This document shows, piece by piece, positions 48,290-58,105 of a DNA stretch of 64,000 nucleotides. How positions within the stretch are numbered: position 1 is the first letter of the stretch; the number at the start of each line of letters is the position of its first letter. This stretch comes from Actinomycetota bacterium. GTDB taxonomy: Bacteria > Actinomycetota > Geothermincolia > Geothermincolales > RBG-13-55-18. Below the pieces are notes generated by a model. The model saw only the letters and a list, made by a program, of their open reading frames with translations. It was not told the origin of the DNA and ran no database searches. Position numbers and translations under genes: made by a program. The stretch lies in assembly GCA_034188985.1 (NCBI GenBank), contig JAXHVT010000023.1, forward strand, positions 62,005 through 126,004, given 5' to 3'.

Positions 48290-50281
48290 ATGGGAGAGGT
48301 ACTGGTGGTGAACCTGTCCGATTGCGACAGCGAGAAGCAGGAGGTACCCGAGGATGTTTACCGGGATTTCATAGGGGGCTATGGGCTGGGCGCATGGTAT
48401 ATATATCGTGGCCAGCCCAAGGGAGTTGATCCCATGGGCGATAAGGCCGTCCTGGGTTTCCTCCCCGGACTTCTGGGGGGTACCTCCGTGCCCTTCAGCG
48501 GCAGGTTCATGATAGCGGGCAAGTCCCCCCTTACGGGTGGATGGGGCGACTCGAACGGCGGAGGTCATCTCTCCCCCGCCATAAAGGCCGCGGGATACGA
48601 CGGGATATTTGTCACGGGCGTTTCGCCGGATCCCGTGTATGTAGTGATCAGAGGAAAAAAAGTAGAGATAAAGAGCGCCTCCCATCTCTGGGGAAAGGAT
48701 ACGGTGGAGACGGAGGAGATAATCCGGAGAGAGACCGGAGACCCCAGGCTGCGCGTGGCCTGCATAGGACCGGCGGGTGAGAAGAGGTCGCTACTGTCGG
48801 GGGTGGTTACTGAGGGAGGAAAGAGCGCCTCCGGCTCGGGGCTTGGGGCGGTGATGGGCTCCAAGGGACTCAAGGCCCTGGCGGTAAGCGGCAGACGGGA
48901 GACGCCCCTGGCTCGGGCCTTGGAGCTCGGAGAGCTCAACCGCCATTACCTGGACGGTTACGGCCGTTCCTCGTATCTGGGTCGAGCGGCTGCCAGGAGG
49001 ATAAGGATTCTCAGCAGCCTGCCGCGTTTCGTGCCCTCCAGGCTGTGGCGCAAAGCGCCGGTTCTAAAGGAGCTGTTACGGGCTTACGGCACGGCCGCCT
49101 GGACGACCGCCGCGGTGGGTCTGGGCGACTGCCCGGTAGGGAATTTCGCCGGCGGAGGCTTTGTCGATTTTCCCTTCAATGGCAGGGCGGGGGCCGTAAG
49201 CGGATGGGAGCTCGAGCGTTACCGCGTCAGGAGATACCACTGCCACGATTGCCCCCTGGGCTGCGGTGGCATATACGTTCTGGAGGAGGGTCCTTACGCG
49301 GTGGAGCAGTCCCTTGGGCCAGGATACCGGGCACTGGCCGCCTTGGGGCCCGACTGCATGTGCTCCGACCTCAAGGCTATCTTGTACATGAACGACCTGC
49401 TCAACCGGGCGTGTATGGACGTTGAGGCCGCCGGGGTGGTCCTGTCCTTTGCCATGGAATGTTTCGAGAAGGGCGTTATATCCACTGCGGATACCGGGGG
49501 CCTCGAGCTGACCTGGGGAAACAGCCGGGCCATGGTCGAGATGGCAAGGAAGATGATCAGGAGGGAGGGGCTGGGAGAGATCCTGGCGGATGGAGTCGAC
49601 AGAGCGGCCCTGAGCCTGGGAAAGGGATGCGAGGAATGGGCCATGAGCGCCGGCGGCAATGAGCTGGCCATGCACGACCCCCGACGCGACCCCGCGGTGG
49701 GCCTGTCCTACGTCGTGGAGCCCGTGCCCGGACGTGTCGGTATATATGGCGCTCCACGTGCCGAAGTACAGGAGCTGGAATTCGATATGGAGGAGGCCGG
49801 CGGGCTTGCCCCGGAGTTCACCGGGGGGGGCGGAGGTGAACGGGAGGGGTCGGGTAGAGCGCTCGCTTTACGTAATCACTGGTCGCGGCTGCTGGACTGC
49901 TCAGGGCTCTGCCGCCTCGGAGCGGCCACCAGCGAGCTTCCGCTGGTGGAGTGGTTGAACGCCGTGACGGGCTGGGATCGTGATTTCGCCTTCTATCTGG
50001 AGGCGGGGGAGAGGATAGACGCCATCAGGCAGTGTTTCAATGCTAGGGAGGGCATAAGGCCGGAGAATATCGGCCTGCCAAACCGGGCCAGGGGAGTACC
50101 GCCCCTGGAAAAGGGACCCCTGGCGGGCGTGACCATCGATATCGAGTCCTCGCTGCATGCTTATCACGAGGCCATAGAATACGATCCAGAAAAAGGTTGG
50201 CCAAGCGAGAGGAAGCTGCGCCGGCTGGGCATGGTCTGGTGCCTGCCGGGCAAAGGCCAGAGGATGCAGTTCTTCCGCTAG
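48290..50281 (+). CDS. Aldehyde:ferredoxin oxidoreductase (tungsten-type AOR family)
   Basis: MGEVLVVNLSD...KSPLTGGWGDSNGGGHLSPAIKAAGYDGIFVTG... aligns with AOR N-terminal and catalytic domains. In-frame TTG 48275 or ATG 48269 are alternative starts. Confidence 0.85.
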   Translation: MGEVLVVNLSDCDSEKQEVPEDVYRDFIGGYGLGAWYIYRGQPKGVDPMGDKAVLGFLPGLLGGTSVPFSGRFMIAGKSPLTGGWGDSNGGGHLSPAIKAAGYDGIFVTGVSPDPVYVVIRGKKVEIKSASHLWGKDTVETEEIIRRETGDPRLRVACIGPAGEKRSLLSGVVTEGGKSASGSGLGAVMGSKGLKALAVSGRRETPLARALELGELNRHYLDGYGRSSYLGRAAARRIRILSSLPRFVPSRLWRKAPVLKELLRAYGTAAWTTAAVGLGDCPVGNFAGGGFVDFPFNGRAGAVSGWELERYRVRRYHCHDCPLGCGGIYVLEEGPYAVEQSLGPGYRALAALGPDCMCSDLKAILYMNDLLNRACMDVEAAGVVLSFAMECFEKGVISTADTGGLELTWGNSRAMVEMARKMIRREGLGEILADGVDRAALSLGKGCEEWAMSAGGNELAMHDPRRDPAVGLSYVVEPVPGRVGIYGAPRAEVQELEFDMEEAGGLAPEFTGGGGGEREGSGRALALRNHWSRLLDCSGLCRLGAATSELPLVEWLNAVTGWDRDFAFYLEAGERIDAIRQCFNAREGIRPENIGLPNRARGVPPLEKGPLAGVTIDIESSLHAYHEAIEYDPEKGWPSERKLRRLGMVWCLPGKGQRMQFFR

Positions 50282-50295
50282 CGAACGATATCACC

Positions 50296-50430
50296 AAGAA
50301 TGTCAGAAGACGCGGTCAGCCCCGAAAATCTGACATTTTCGTGAATCGGGAAGTGAATGATCCAGACGATATCGCTCTCTTGCGATAAGCCTCAGGCATG
50401 TATCCAGGCCTGATCCCGGTGCCTAAGGCA
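50296..50430. repeat. Dispersed repeat family, copy C (long form)
   Basis: aagaatgtcagaagacgcggtcagccccgaaaatctgacattttcgtgaatcgggaagtgaatgatccagacgatatcgctctcttgcgataagcctcaggcatg... aligns over ~130 nt with copy D. Confidence 0.5.
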
Positions 50431-50562
50431 TGGCGCGAACGCTGAGGTTGTTCGCGGCAATCCATGATTCCCGTGATAAAGCATGAATATGGCCATAGCT
50501 CAACCCCGCTAGTTTGGCAATTTGTGGGTGATAATTTAAGATAAAAGATGCGACCCCACAAA

Positions 50563-51812
50563 TATTTCACATCGGGTTGCATCAGTAAGCGGGGACTATT
50601 GAAAGGGCATTCACCGGGCAGATCGAAACACATACACCGCAACGTTCGCAGAGTTCGAGCTCTATTTCCGGCTTGTCCCGGTTCACGGTAACCGCTCCGT
50701 AGATACAGGCGGAGCATTTACCGCAACCGTCGCACTTGTCCTAGCTCAAAACCAGGCGAAGGGTATCGGGCTCGGCGGCTGAGGCCATGAAACGGGAGAG
50801 GAACTCATCGAGGTTATATATTTGGGGCAAGGCGAGTCCGATCATATCCGGAACCCGCTCGTAGCCTTTTCTATTTATGAAGCGCCCGACGCCTACGATC
50901 GTATCCGTAAGAGCCTTGTAGCCCTTGTATTGGACCGCGCTCTCGAGGGCGGCCACAGTCGCCCCGAACATCAGGCGTTCGACGGCGTCCTTCCAGGTCC
51001 AGATGCCACGCTGCTGATGATGTGCAACTCGGTTCCATTGGCCGAGAGGTAGGCGACGTAATTTCCGAGACCTCTCAACCAGCGTCCGTAGCCGAAAGGG
51101 ACGTTGATGGGAGGGCTAGCCGTCTGCATATCCAGAGAAGTGATCCGGAAATCGCTGTAGACGTGTAGCGCTCCCGCGCCCCGGTCCCACATCTCGGCGA
51201 TATAGCGGTTCCAGTATACGTCGTGGTTAAACCCGAGTTTCAACCGGAAGGGAATCCCGAGGTGACCGTCGAGCGCCTCTAACGCCAGAGGAACGGCACT
51301 CTCGAGGAAGGTGGCGGTGTCACTGGGGGACAGGGACATGCCGCAGGTCCCTCGATGGCATCCGAGCCGGCTTCCTCGAGCTGCGTTATCATCACCCTCA
51401 GGGCTACCTCCGCTGGCGGCGATATCTCCTCGCAGGGGGACAGGCCGCTCCAGGGGTTGACCATGAATACGCCTCCTACGATCCGCGCGTCCTCACTCTC
51501 GGCCGGATCCTTGGAAGCGCTTACGCATTCGACGGCTTTCTCCAGGGGCAGAAGCCCCGAGTAATAGTTCATGAGAGTGCAGCGGTCGCCTATACCATAG
51601 TAAAACCAGTTGTCCGGACGGGGCGGAAGCTGCGCCAGTGGATCCAGACAGACGTGTTTTAGAACCAGCGCGCCTACGCCGGCTTCGATACAGCACTTGA
51701 TGGTATACGGTGCCGAGGCGATGGGACCCGCCGCATCTGCTATCGAATTCTTGAAACGCATCCCCGAGAACTCGACTTCCATTTCAGGCATTGTGTCGTA
51801 GCTCCACTTCAC
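50563..51812 (-). pseudogene. PreA/dihydroorotate-dehydrogenase-like flavoprotein with C-terminal 2x[4Fe-4S] ferredoxin domain, fragmented
   Basis: Four consecutive minus-strand pieces. 51812-51279 is a DHOD-like TIM-barrel N-terminus (VEFSGMRFKNSIADAAGPIA...). 51339-50974 and 50971-50744 are in other frames. The ferredoxin segment DKCDGCGKCSAC...CERCGVCVSICP (50738-50563) follows an in-frame TAG at 50741-50743. The pieces sum to ~420 aa, typical for PreA. Confidence 0.45.
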
Positions 51813-52026
51813 TTGCCTTACATCCCGGTGCTATCCCCCTTCAGGCTGGGGGTTGACGGCGGCCAGGAGCGTCTCAATACGGGATTTGTAACAAGCCCAC
51901 GATTCGTCCCCGGATCTAATCCGTGTCATCTTATTGTTCATGAACGCGGTCAGCCCGTCGAATGACGAGTATCCGTCAATATAATGACAATGTGTTCGAT
52001 ATTCGACAGGCTGACCCAATAAAAAA

Positions 52027-52374
52027 TGGTGGAGGCGGGGGGAGTCGAACCCCCGTCCAGAAACCCGGCCCAGTGGGCTCTACGAGTGTATTCGCCGGTT
52101 ACATTCGCCCCCGGGAAGCCCGGCGAAAGGCTGACCCGGTGACTATCCCGTTAAGGATGTCCCTAAGCCCTTACGGGAGTCGGGCTTCGGTGATCCCGCT
52201 AAACGACGCCCCTTCCCCGGTCGCGGGCCTCCCGGAGAGGAACGGGTCGCGTTATTACGCGGCCAGAGCTAACTCGCTGTCAGCATCTATTGGTTTTCCC
52301 GATTCTTAACGGGGTTCGGGGCCCCGGCTCGCTCCCGCTCGAACCGCCGATCCCTGTCGAAGCCGTTTCGCCCC
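52027..52374 (-). ncRNA. ssrA: tmRNA (SsrA)
   Basis: Minus strand reads 5'-GGGGGCGAAACGGCUUCGACAGGG...GGACGGGGGUUCGACUCCCCCCGCCUCCACCA-3'. Acceptor stem has a G3:U70 pair. Tag ORF GCT GAC AGC GAG TTA GCT CTG GCC GCG TAA TAA encodes ADSELALAA. Lies downstream of smpB. Confidence 0.85.
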
Positions 52375-52497
52375 CACGTTTTCAATGTCCAATGGATAAT
52401 CGATATCCTACCAATATTTTAGCACCTGAAGTCCGAGGCTGTATCGCACACGACCATGGCGGGCACGATCGCCGGGCATACCCCGGCGCTAAGTTCT

Positions 52498-52974
52498 CTA
52501 CCTTTCCCGGCCCTTCTTACTGCCAGTTTTCAAGGTTCTCTCCATGTCCCGCCGGGCCTCCCTTTCCATGATGTCGCGCCGGCGGTCGGCCTTCAGTTTT
52601 CCTTTGGCCAGCCCGAGTTCAACCTTTATCTTTCCCCGGTCGGTCGTGTACAGGCTGAGCGGGATCAGGGTATACCCCTTCTCGGCCACCTTGCCCTCCA
52701 GGCGGCGTATCTCATGTTTGTGCATGAGAAGCTTCTTGTCCCTCAAGGGCTGGTGGTCGAAGGCGCCGCCGTGGCTGTAGGGGGCGACGTGCATATTCTC
52801 CAGGAACAGCTCTCCGCCCTTGATCCTGGCGAAACTGTCCCTGAGATTGGCCCTGCCCTCACGGATGGACTTGACCTCGGAACCCAGCAGGGACAGGCCC
52901 GCCTCGAATTTTTCCTCTATATGGTAGTCATGCCTGGCCTTGCGATTCTCGGCCAGCGTTTTCAACCTGCTCAT
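52498..52974 (-). CDS. smpB: SsrA-binding protein
   Basis: MSRLKTLAENRKARHDYHIEEKFEAGLSLLGSEVKS... Start moved to the ATG at 52974 with a GGAGG SD; the ORF track starts at an upstream TTG. Confidence 0.9.
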   Translation of the reverse strand: MSRLKTLAENRKARHDYHIEEKFEAGLSLLGSEVKSIREGRANLRDSFARIKGGELFLENMHVAPYSHGGAFDHQPLRDKKLLMHKHEIRRLEGKVAEKGYTLIPLSLYTTDRGKIKVELGLAKGKLKADRRRDIMEREARRDMERTLKTGSKKGRER

Positions 52975-53138
52975 GATTCCTCCACGCAAGGGTCTTTGTG
53001 ACTATGATAACCCAGCCCGTGGTGGCTTGTAAGATACCCGGGCGGATTCCACATGCTGTTGGACGGGATCGCCCCATCCACGATACTCCTTCGAGGCGAG
53101 TCGGCCCTTTCGAGATCCCTGCTGCGTAACAGGCCGGC

Positions 53139-53858
53139 CTAGCCCTTTTCCGATAAGGGCCAGAGTTTGCCGTCGCGGTACAGGTCTCGGAAGATAGGTC
53201 CCGCGCTGGCCAGGATGGGATAACCGTGACCCGGCAGAAGGATATCGAAATCGTAGTCCGCTATGCGGTGCAGGGAGCGAACGGCGGCGGCGGGGTCGGG
53301 GGTGAACTGGGGCGGCGGACCCTCCATGACGCCGTTCTCGTTGCGTATGAGATCGCCGCTGAAGAGAATTTTCTTCTCACGGTTGTAGAGGCATATGCTG
53401 CCCACGGTATGTCCCGGGGTATGTACGACCTCCAGGCCTCCCAGGATGTCCAGGGCGTCGCCGTCCCGCAAAGAACGGTCCACGGAGAAGTGCCGGTAGC
53501 GGAAAAAGGGCCAGAGAAAGGTGTAGAAGACCAGCCGGGAGGTCGCAACCTCGAACCTCTCGTAAGGACGTTCCCCGCAGGCGAAGGGCACATCCTCCTC
53601 GTACATGGCGATGCGCGTCCCGTAGCGCCTCTTAATCCCGGCCATCGTCCCCACGTGATCTCCATGATAATGGGTGGCTACCATGAGGTTTATATCCCGG
53701 GGCCTGGCTCCGAGCCCCCTCAGCCCGAGGTGTATACAGGGCAGATCGACGGGGAAACCGGCATCAATCAGCGTCAATCCATTATCGGTGACCAGATAGA
53801 TGTTGGATCCGAAAGATCCCTTCACATGGTACAGGTTTTCCGCCAGATTGGTCGGCAT
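53139..53858 (-). CDS. MBL-fold metallo-hydrolase
   Basis: HYHGDHVG and TPGHTVGS/ LPGHG motifs. Start ambiguous between 53858 and 53879. Confidence 0.7.
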   Translation of the reverse strand: MPTNLAENLYHVKGSFGSNIYLVTDNGLTLIDAGFPVDLPCIHLGLRGLGARPRDINLMVATHYHGDHVGTMAGIKRRYGTRIAMYEEDVPFACGERPYERFEVATSRLVFYTFLWPFFRYRHFSVDRSLRDGDALDILGGLEVVHTPGHTVGSICLYNREKKILFSGDLIRNENGVMEGPPPQFTPDPAAAVRSLHRIADYDFDILLPGHGYPILASAGPIFRDLYRDGKLWPLSEKG

Positions 53859-54228
53859 TGTCCGCTTTTCTCCTCTCATTCAACCAGAGTTCTCGATGAC
53901 GCGGGACTTAAAAGGCCGCCGCCCACCCCCCTTCCGCAAACGCGGGGATACGACCTCCCACCGGGTGGCATATCCCGCATTATAGTCCCTGGACGGCGGT
54001 ATGCGCCAAGACATCATCTCATGCTGGAAAGGGCGGGGGTACGCGGGTGAGGCGGGCGAACCGCCGGAGGCGCTTGAATCTCGACCCGAGAGGCTTATGC
54101 GTACCGCGGCTCGATCCCCGATGAGGCCTTCAGATCGCGCTCCCGGGGACGCGCGGGAAGGAAGGCTATATGTCCGCGATATGTCCGCGGGGCGGTTGAT
54201 CCAGGGCGGTATAGGGGGTAGGCCGGGC

Positions 54229-55848
54229 CTATTCCCTCTCGGCCAGGCGCCTTGTCAGGGAGACTCGCTCGGCCCGCAGGCGATTCCGGAGCCTCCTGAG
54301 GCGCCCGGGGTACTGCTGGTCGAAGGAACCCTGGCAAAGGCGTTCATCTATGAAGCCGGCGGTACGCAGGGCCAGGGCCATGGTAGTCAACTGGGGATTT
54401 ACGCCGAGGGAAGTGGGAAGCACGCTGGCGTCGCATATGAAGAGGTTCTCCACCTCCCAGGTCTCACCGGATGGCTGTACCACGGACCAATCCGGATCGG
54501 AACCCATACTGCAGGTTCCCATGGGATGATAGGCGGTCAGGCCATAGATGCTGGCGCGCTTGATAGAGATGCGCGCCAGGCGCTGCAAGTCCTTGGGACT
54601 GGACAGTTCCTTGAAGCCGTCGATGGGCGTCTGTACGCTCCTGGCACCCGCGGCGAACCAGATCTCGGCCAGGAGCAGAATGGAGCGCTTTACCCTGTCC
54701 AGGTCCTCGCGACCTATCTGGTACAGGGTCAGGGGCTGCCTGGCGGAGGGTCCTGCCACCACCTTGCCCACCGAGTCGTGCTCGCAGATCATGGAGCCGA
54801 AACTGCCACAATAGGGGTAGTCGAGCATGGCCCTGGAATGGCGCCTGCCCACCCAGGGTATGGAGATGGCATAGACGAAAGGCGGCAGGGTAACCCCCTC
54901 CAGCATGATGCCCTCGGGGGCGAACTCGTCGACGTAGGTGCTCTGGGGTATACCCTTGGGGTTACCCAGCTTCTCATCCAGGATAGCCGTGACGCAGGCA
55001 CAGGGGTGGATAGACAGGTTCTTTCCCACCTGTCCCGATGAGAGGCAGAGGCGGTTGTGCATGAGCAGGGAGGGAGACTGTACGGCCCCACCTGCCAGTA
55101 CCACCACCGCGGCCTCCACCTCGATACGGTGGCTTTTCCTGCGCGTGACGGGATCGATAAACCGGCCCCGTACGCCCACCGCACGTCCGGAGCGTACCAG
55201 GATACGCTCGGCACGGCAATTGGTGTATACATCCGCTCCCGCTTTGACGGCGTCGGGTATGTAGGAGACGTTCACGCTTTGCTTGGCGCCGGAGGGACAC
55301 CCGTAGGCGCAGACACCGTATCCCTCGCAGTCCTTGGCATTGCGAGGCAGAAAGCCACCGGAGTAACCCAGTCCCTCCGCCGCTTCCAGGAATATTAGGG
55401 CGTTCTTCCCGGCGACCTCGGGATCGGCGCGCTTGACAAAGAGGTATTCCTCCACCGCGCTGTAGAGAAGATTGAGTTCGTCCTCGCTTATGTCTCTCAG
55501 CCCACGCTCCAGGTGCCAGCGCTTGAGGACATGGCGGGGTATGCGCAGGCAGGTGCCCGAGTTCACGGTAGTGGTGCCGCCCACGGTCTTACCCTGGGGC
55601 AGGAGGACAACCGGGAGTCCCAGGGTCACGGTCTGGCCGCCGTCGCGGTAGAAGCGGGTGAAGGCCGCTCCGGCCCGGAAATCAAAGTCCTCCCTGGTGA
55701 AACAGCCGCCTTCCTCCAGCACCACAACACTGTAGCCCTCCTCGGCCAGCTCCTTGGCTATGGGGCCGCCTCCCGCTCCGGAGCCGATGATTACCACGTC
55801 GGCGTCCCTGCTTATGTTGCCCGGTACCTCCCTCGGTTTTATTATCAA
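54229..55848 (-). CDS. GMC-family FAD-dependent oxidoreductase
   Basis: N-terminal Rossmann motif DVVIIGSGAGGG, and a C-terminal GMC block with the His active-site region (AYHPMGTCSMG). Confidence 0.8.
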   Translation of the reverse strand: MIIKPREVPGNISRDADVVIIGSGAGGGPIAKELAEEGYSVVVLEEGGCFTREDFDFRAGAAFTRFYRDGGQTVTLGLPVVLLPQGKTVGGTTTVNSGTCLRIPRHVLKRWHLERGLRDISEDELNLLYSAVEEYLFVKRADPEVAGKNALIFLEAAEGLGYSGGFLPRNAKDCEGYGVCAYGCPSGAKQSVNVSYIPDAVKAGADVYTNCRAERILVRSGRAVGVRGRFIDPVTRRKSHRIEVEAAVVVLAGGAVQSPSLLMHNRLCLSSGQVGKNLSIHPCACVTAILDEKLGNPKGIPQSTYVDEFAPEGIMLEGVTLPPFVYAISIPWVGRRHSRAMLDYPYCGSFGSMICEHDSVGKVVAGPSARQPLTLYQIGREDLDRVKRSILLLAEIWFAAGARSVQTPIDGFKELSSPKDLQRLARISIKRASIYGLTAYHPMGTCSMGSDPDWSVVQPSGETWEVENLFICDASVLPTSLGVNPQLTTMALALRTAGFIDERLCQGSFDQQYPGRLRRLRNRLRAERVSLTRRLAERE

Positions 55849-56267
55849 CGCGTTACCTCCCTCTTGGCCGCTTCCTCGCGTAGGGCTTCTACCTCGAACC
55901 CCAGATATATCTGTACGTCGTCACGGTTGTAGTGGGACATGTAGATGGGGGTACCCAGAAGCATCGGTATAGCACTTACGGTGGCGAAACGGCTGGAGAA
56001 AAGGGACTGGATAAAATCCTCCGCCTCCTCTTGCGGCAATGCGTACAGGGACTTCCCGCGCAAGAGCAGGCAGAGCCCCTGCAGGATCAGGATGAGAAAG
56101 AAGTAGAGCAAACGGTAAGCGGGCGTCCCATTTGTAAAGAACTCCTCTCCGAACTCATGTAGTTCGCGCGGGTCCGGCTGTGGCATTCCCGGCTGTGGAG
56201 AGATAAAATAGGGCGCGAGCGCGTTCATTCTCTGCAGGCAATAGCTCTTCATTCCTTCCACCTTCAT
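55845..56267 (-). CDS. Small subunit associated with GMC oxidoreductase (gluconate 2-dehydrogenase subunit 3-like)
   Basis: 140 aa, directly upstream with a 4-nt overlap. One hydrophobic segment. Confidence 0.45.
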   Translation of the reverse strand: MKVEGMKSYCLQRMNALAPYFISPQPGMPQPDPRELHEFGEEFFTNGTPAYRLLYFFLILILQGLCLLLRGKSLYALPQEEAEDFIQSLFSSRFATVSAIPMLLGTPIYMSHYNRDDVQIYLGFEVEALREEAAKREVTR

Positions 56268-56513
56268 GTATAATCCCGGTTATCCAGGTCAAACCTCTTT
56301 CTCCACTGAACATTCTAGCTGTTCCCTGTATAAGGGGTCAATGAAGCATCGCCGCTCAGCCCAGGCGCGTGGCGGGATTGCCGGGCCCCCGCGCTGTGCT
56401 ACAATTTATTGAAATCCGGATGCGGGAAAAGGGCAATGCCGCGCCCGGCGCGAACATGTGATATCCTCCTTGGAAGTGCTAATCGATACAATGGTCTGGG
56501 AGGGCGACAGGTT

Positions 56514-57332
56514 TTGAACGAGTCCCCGATAGGAGTATTCGATTCGGGCGTCGGCGGCCTCACGGTCGTAAAAGCCATGATGAGCAGGCTGCCGCGGGAA
56601 TCTATCTGTTATTTCGGAGATAACCAACGCGGTCCTTACGGCCCCAGGAACCTGGGGGAGATACGGGATTTCGCTCATGAGATCGCCGCTTTCCTGGAGA
56701 GCATGGGAGTCAAACTCATCGTCATCGCCTGCAACTCCGCCACCTCGGCCGGCTTGCTGGACGTGCAGCGCGAATGCCGGGTGCCGGTGTTGGGCGTAGT
56801 CGAGCCCGGGGCCAGAGGAGCCGTGCAGGCCACTGTAAACCGCTGTATCGGGGTTATAGGAACCACGGCCACCATCAAAAGCCGAGCCTACCAGAGGGGG
56901 ATACGCGTCCTGGACGCCGGGGCGCATGTACATTCCCGCGCCTGCCCCACCCTGGTGGAATTCGTGGAGAGAGGTGAGGTGAACGGTCCCGGTATAGAGG
57001 GGGAGATAAGGCAATACGTCAGGCCGCTCGTAAGGCGTGGCGTGGATACCCTCGTCCTGGGTTGTACCCATTACCCCCTCCTACGCGAGGTAATCGGCGA
57101 GGTGATGGGAGAGGACGTGCGCCTGATCAGCTCTGACGAGGAGGTGGCCAGGGAGGTAGAGGAGAACCTGGTGCGGCGTGGCTACCTGAGGGAATCGAAG
57201 TCACCGCCGGCGCACCGCTTCCTGTGCTCGGGCAGCGTGGAGCAGGCCATAAGCCTCGGCCGCATGTTTCTGGGGCCGGAGGTGGAGAGGGTTGAGAAGG
57301 TGGATCTGTCGTTGCAAGGGGTGAGATTATGA
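56514..57332 (+). CDS. murI: Glutamate racemase
   Basis: IGVFDSGVGGLTV...VIACNSAT...LGCTHYP motifs. TTG 56514 with a GGGAGGG SD is the likely start; the ORF track starts at 56409. Confidence 0.8.
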   Translation: MNESPIGVFDSGVGGLTVVKAMMSRLPRESICYFGDNQRGPYGPRNLGEIRDFAHEIAAFLESMGVKLIVIACNSATSAGLLDVQRECRVPVLGVVEPGARGAVQATVNRCIGVIGTTATIKSRAYQRGIRVLDAGAHVHSRACPTLVEFVERGEVNGPGIEGEIRQYVRPLVRRGVDTLVLGCTHYPLLREVIGEVMGEDVRLISSDEEVAREVEENLVRRGYLRESKSPPAHRFLCSGSVEQAISLGRMFLGPEVERVEKVDLSLQGVRL

Positions 57333-58105
57333 GGTTGGTGATACTGGGTTCCTCCGGGACCTATCCGCGACCCGGCGGTGCATGCAACGGCTTCCTCATC
57401 CAGGAAGGGGAAACGAACCTGATACTGGATTTGGGTAACGGGTGCCTCTCCAATTTCCTCCTGGAAGCGGACCTTACTTCGTTGGACGTGGTGGCTGTAT
57501 CCCATATGCATATAGATCATTTCGGCGATCTCTACCCCCTCTATTACGGCCTGCGTTTTCACCCTGACAAGCCTTGGGGGATGCGCCTGCTCATACCGGA
57601 GAGAGGACTGGATATCATGGGCCGTCTTCTGAGCGAGGACGCGAGAGCCTATCTTACGAGGATATACGAGGCGGAAACGGTGGCGGCCGGAAGGGAATAC
57701 ACGGTGGGAGATATGAAGCTGACATTCCACCCCACGCGACATCCCGTGGAGAGCTATGGTATAAGAGTGGAGGGGGAGGACTGGGTGCTGGCATATTCCT
57801 CGGATACCTCTCCCTGCGCGGGGCTGGATGAAGCGGCCAGGGGGGCGGACGTGTTCATATGCGAGGCGACGATGTCCCCGGAGAACGCCGACAAGGCGGA
57901 GGAGTACGGCCATATGACCGCGGCCCAGGCCGGGGAAGCGGCGGAAAGAGCGGGGGTGGGCCTTCTCATGCTCACCCATGTATGGCCTACCCGGGATCCG
58001 GCGGACGCGGTGAGGGAGGCCGGGAAGGCTTATTCGGGAAGGGTCCTGTACGAGCCGGAGGGCTGGTCGATGCATTGGGGAGGTGACTCTGATGCCCAGG
58101 AATGA
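57329..58105 (+). CDS. MBL-fold metallo-hydrolase
   Basis: HMHIDH motif. ATGA overlap with the murI stop. Confidence 0.7.
   Translation: MRLVILGSSGTYPRPGGACNGFLIQEGETNLILDLGNGCLSNFLLEADLTSLDVVAVSHMHIDHFGDLYPLYYGLRFHPDKPWGMRLLIPERGLDIMGRLLSEDARAYLTRIYEAETVAAGREYTVGDMKLTFHPTRHPVESYGIRVEGEDWVLAYSSDTSPCAGLDEAARGADVFICEATMSPENADKAEEYGHMTAAQAGEAAERAGVGLLMLTHVWPTRDPADAVREAGKAYSGRVLYEPEGWSMHWGGDSDAQE

Noticed and set aside
32378-50743. Possibility that in-frame TAG/TGA codons reflect pyrrolysine/selenocysteine recoding
   Set aside because: The same genes also carry frameshifts. TAG and TGA are used as ordinary stops throughout, including in the 4-nt overlaps. No Pyl/Sec machinery or SECIS-like context was seen.
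51962-52571. 115-aa and 93-aa plus-strand ORFs
   Set aside because: They overlap the tmRNA gene (52027-52374) on the opposite strand.
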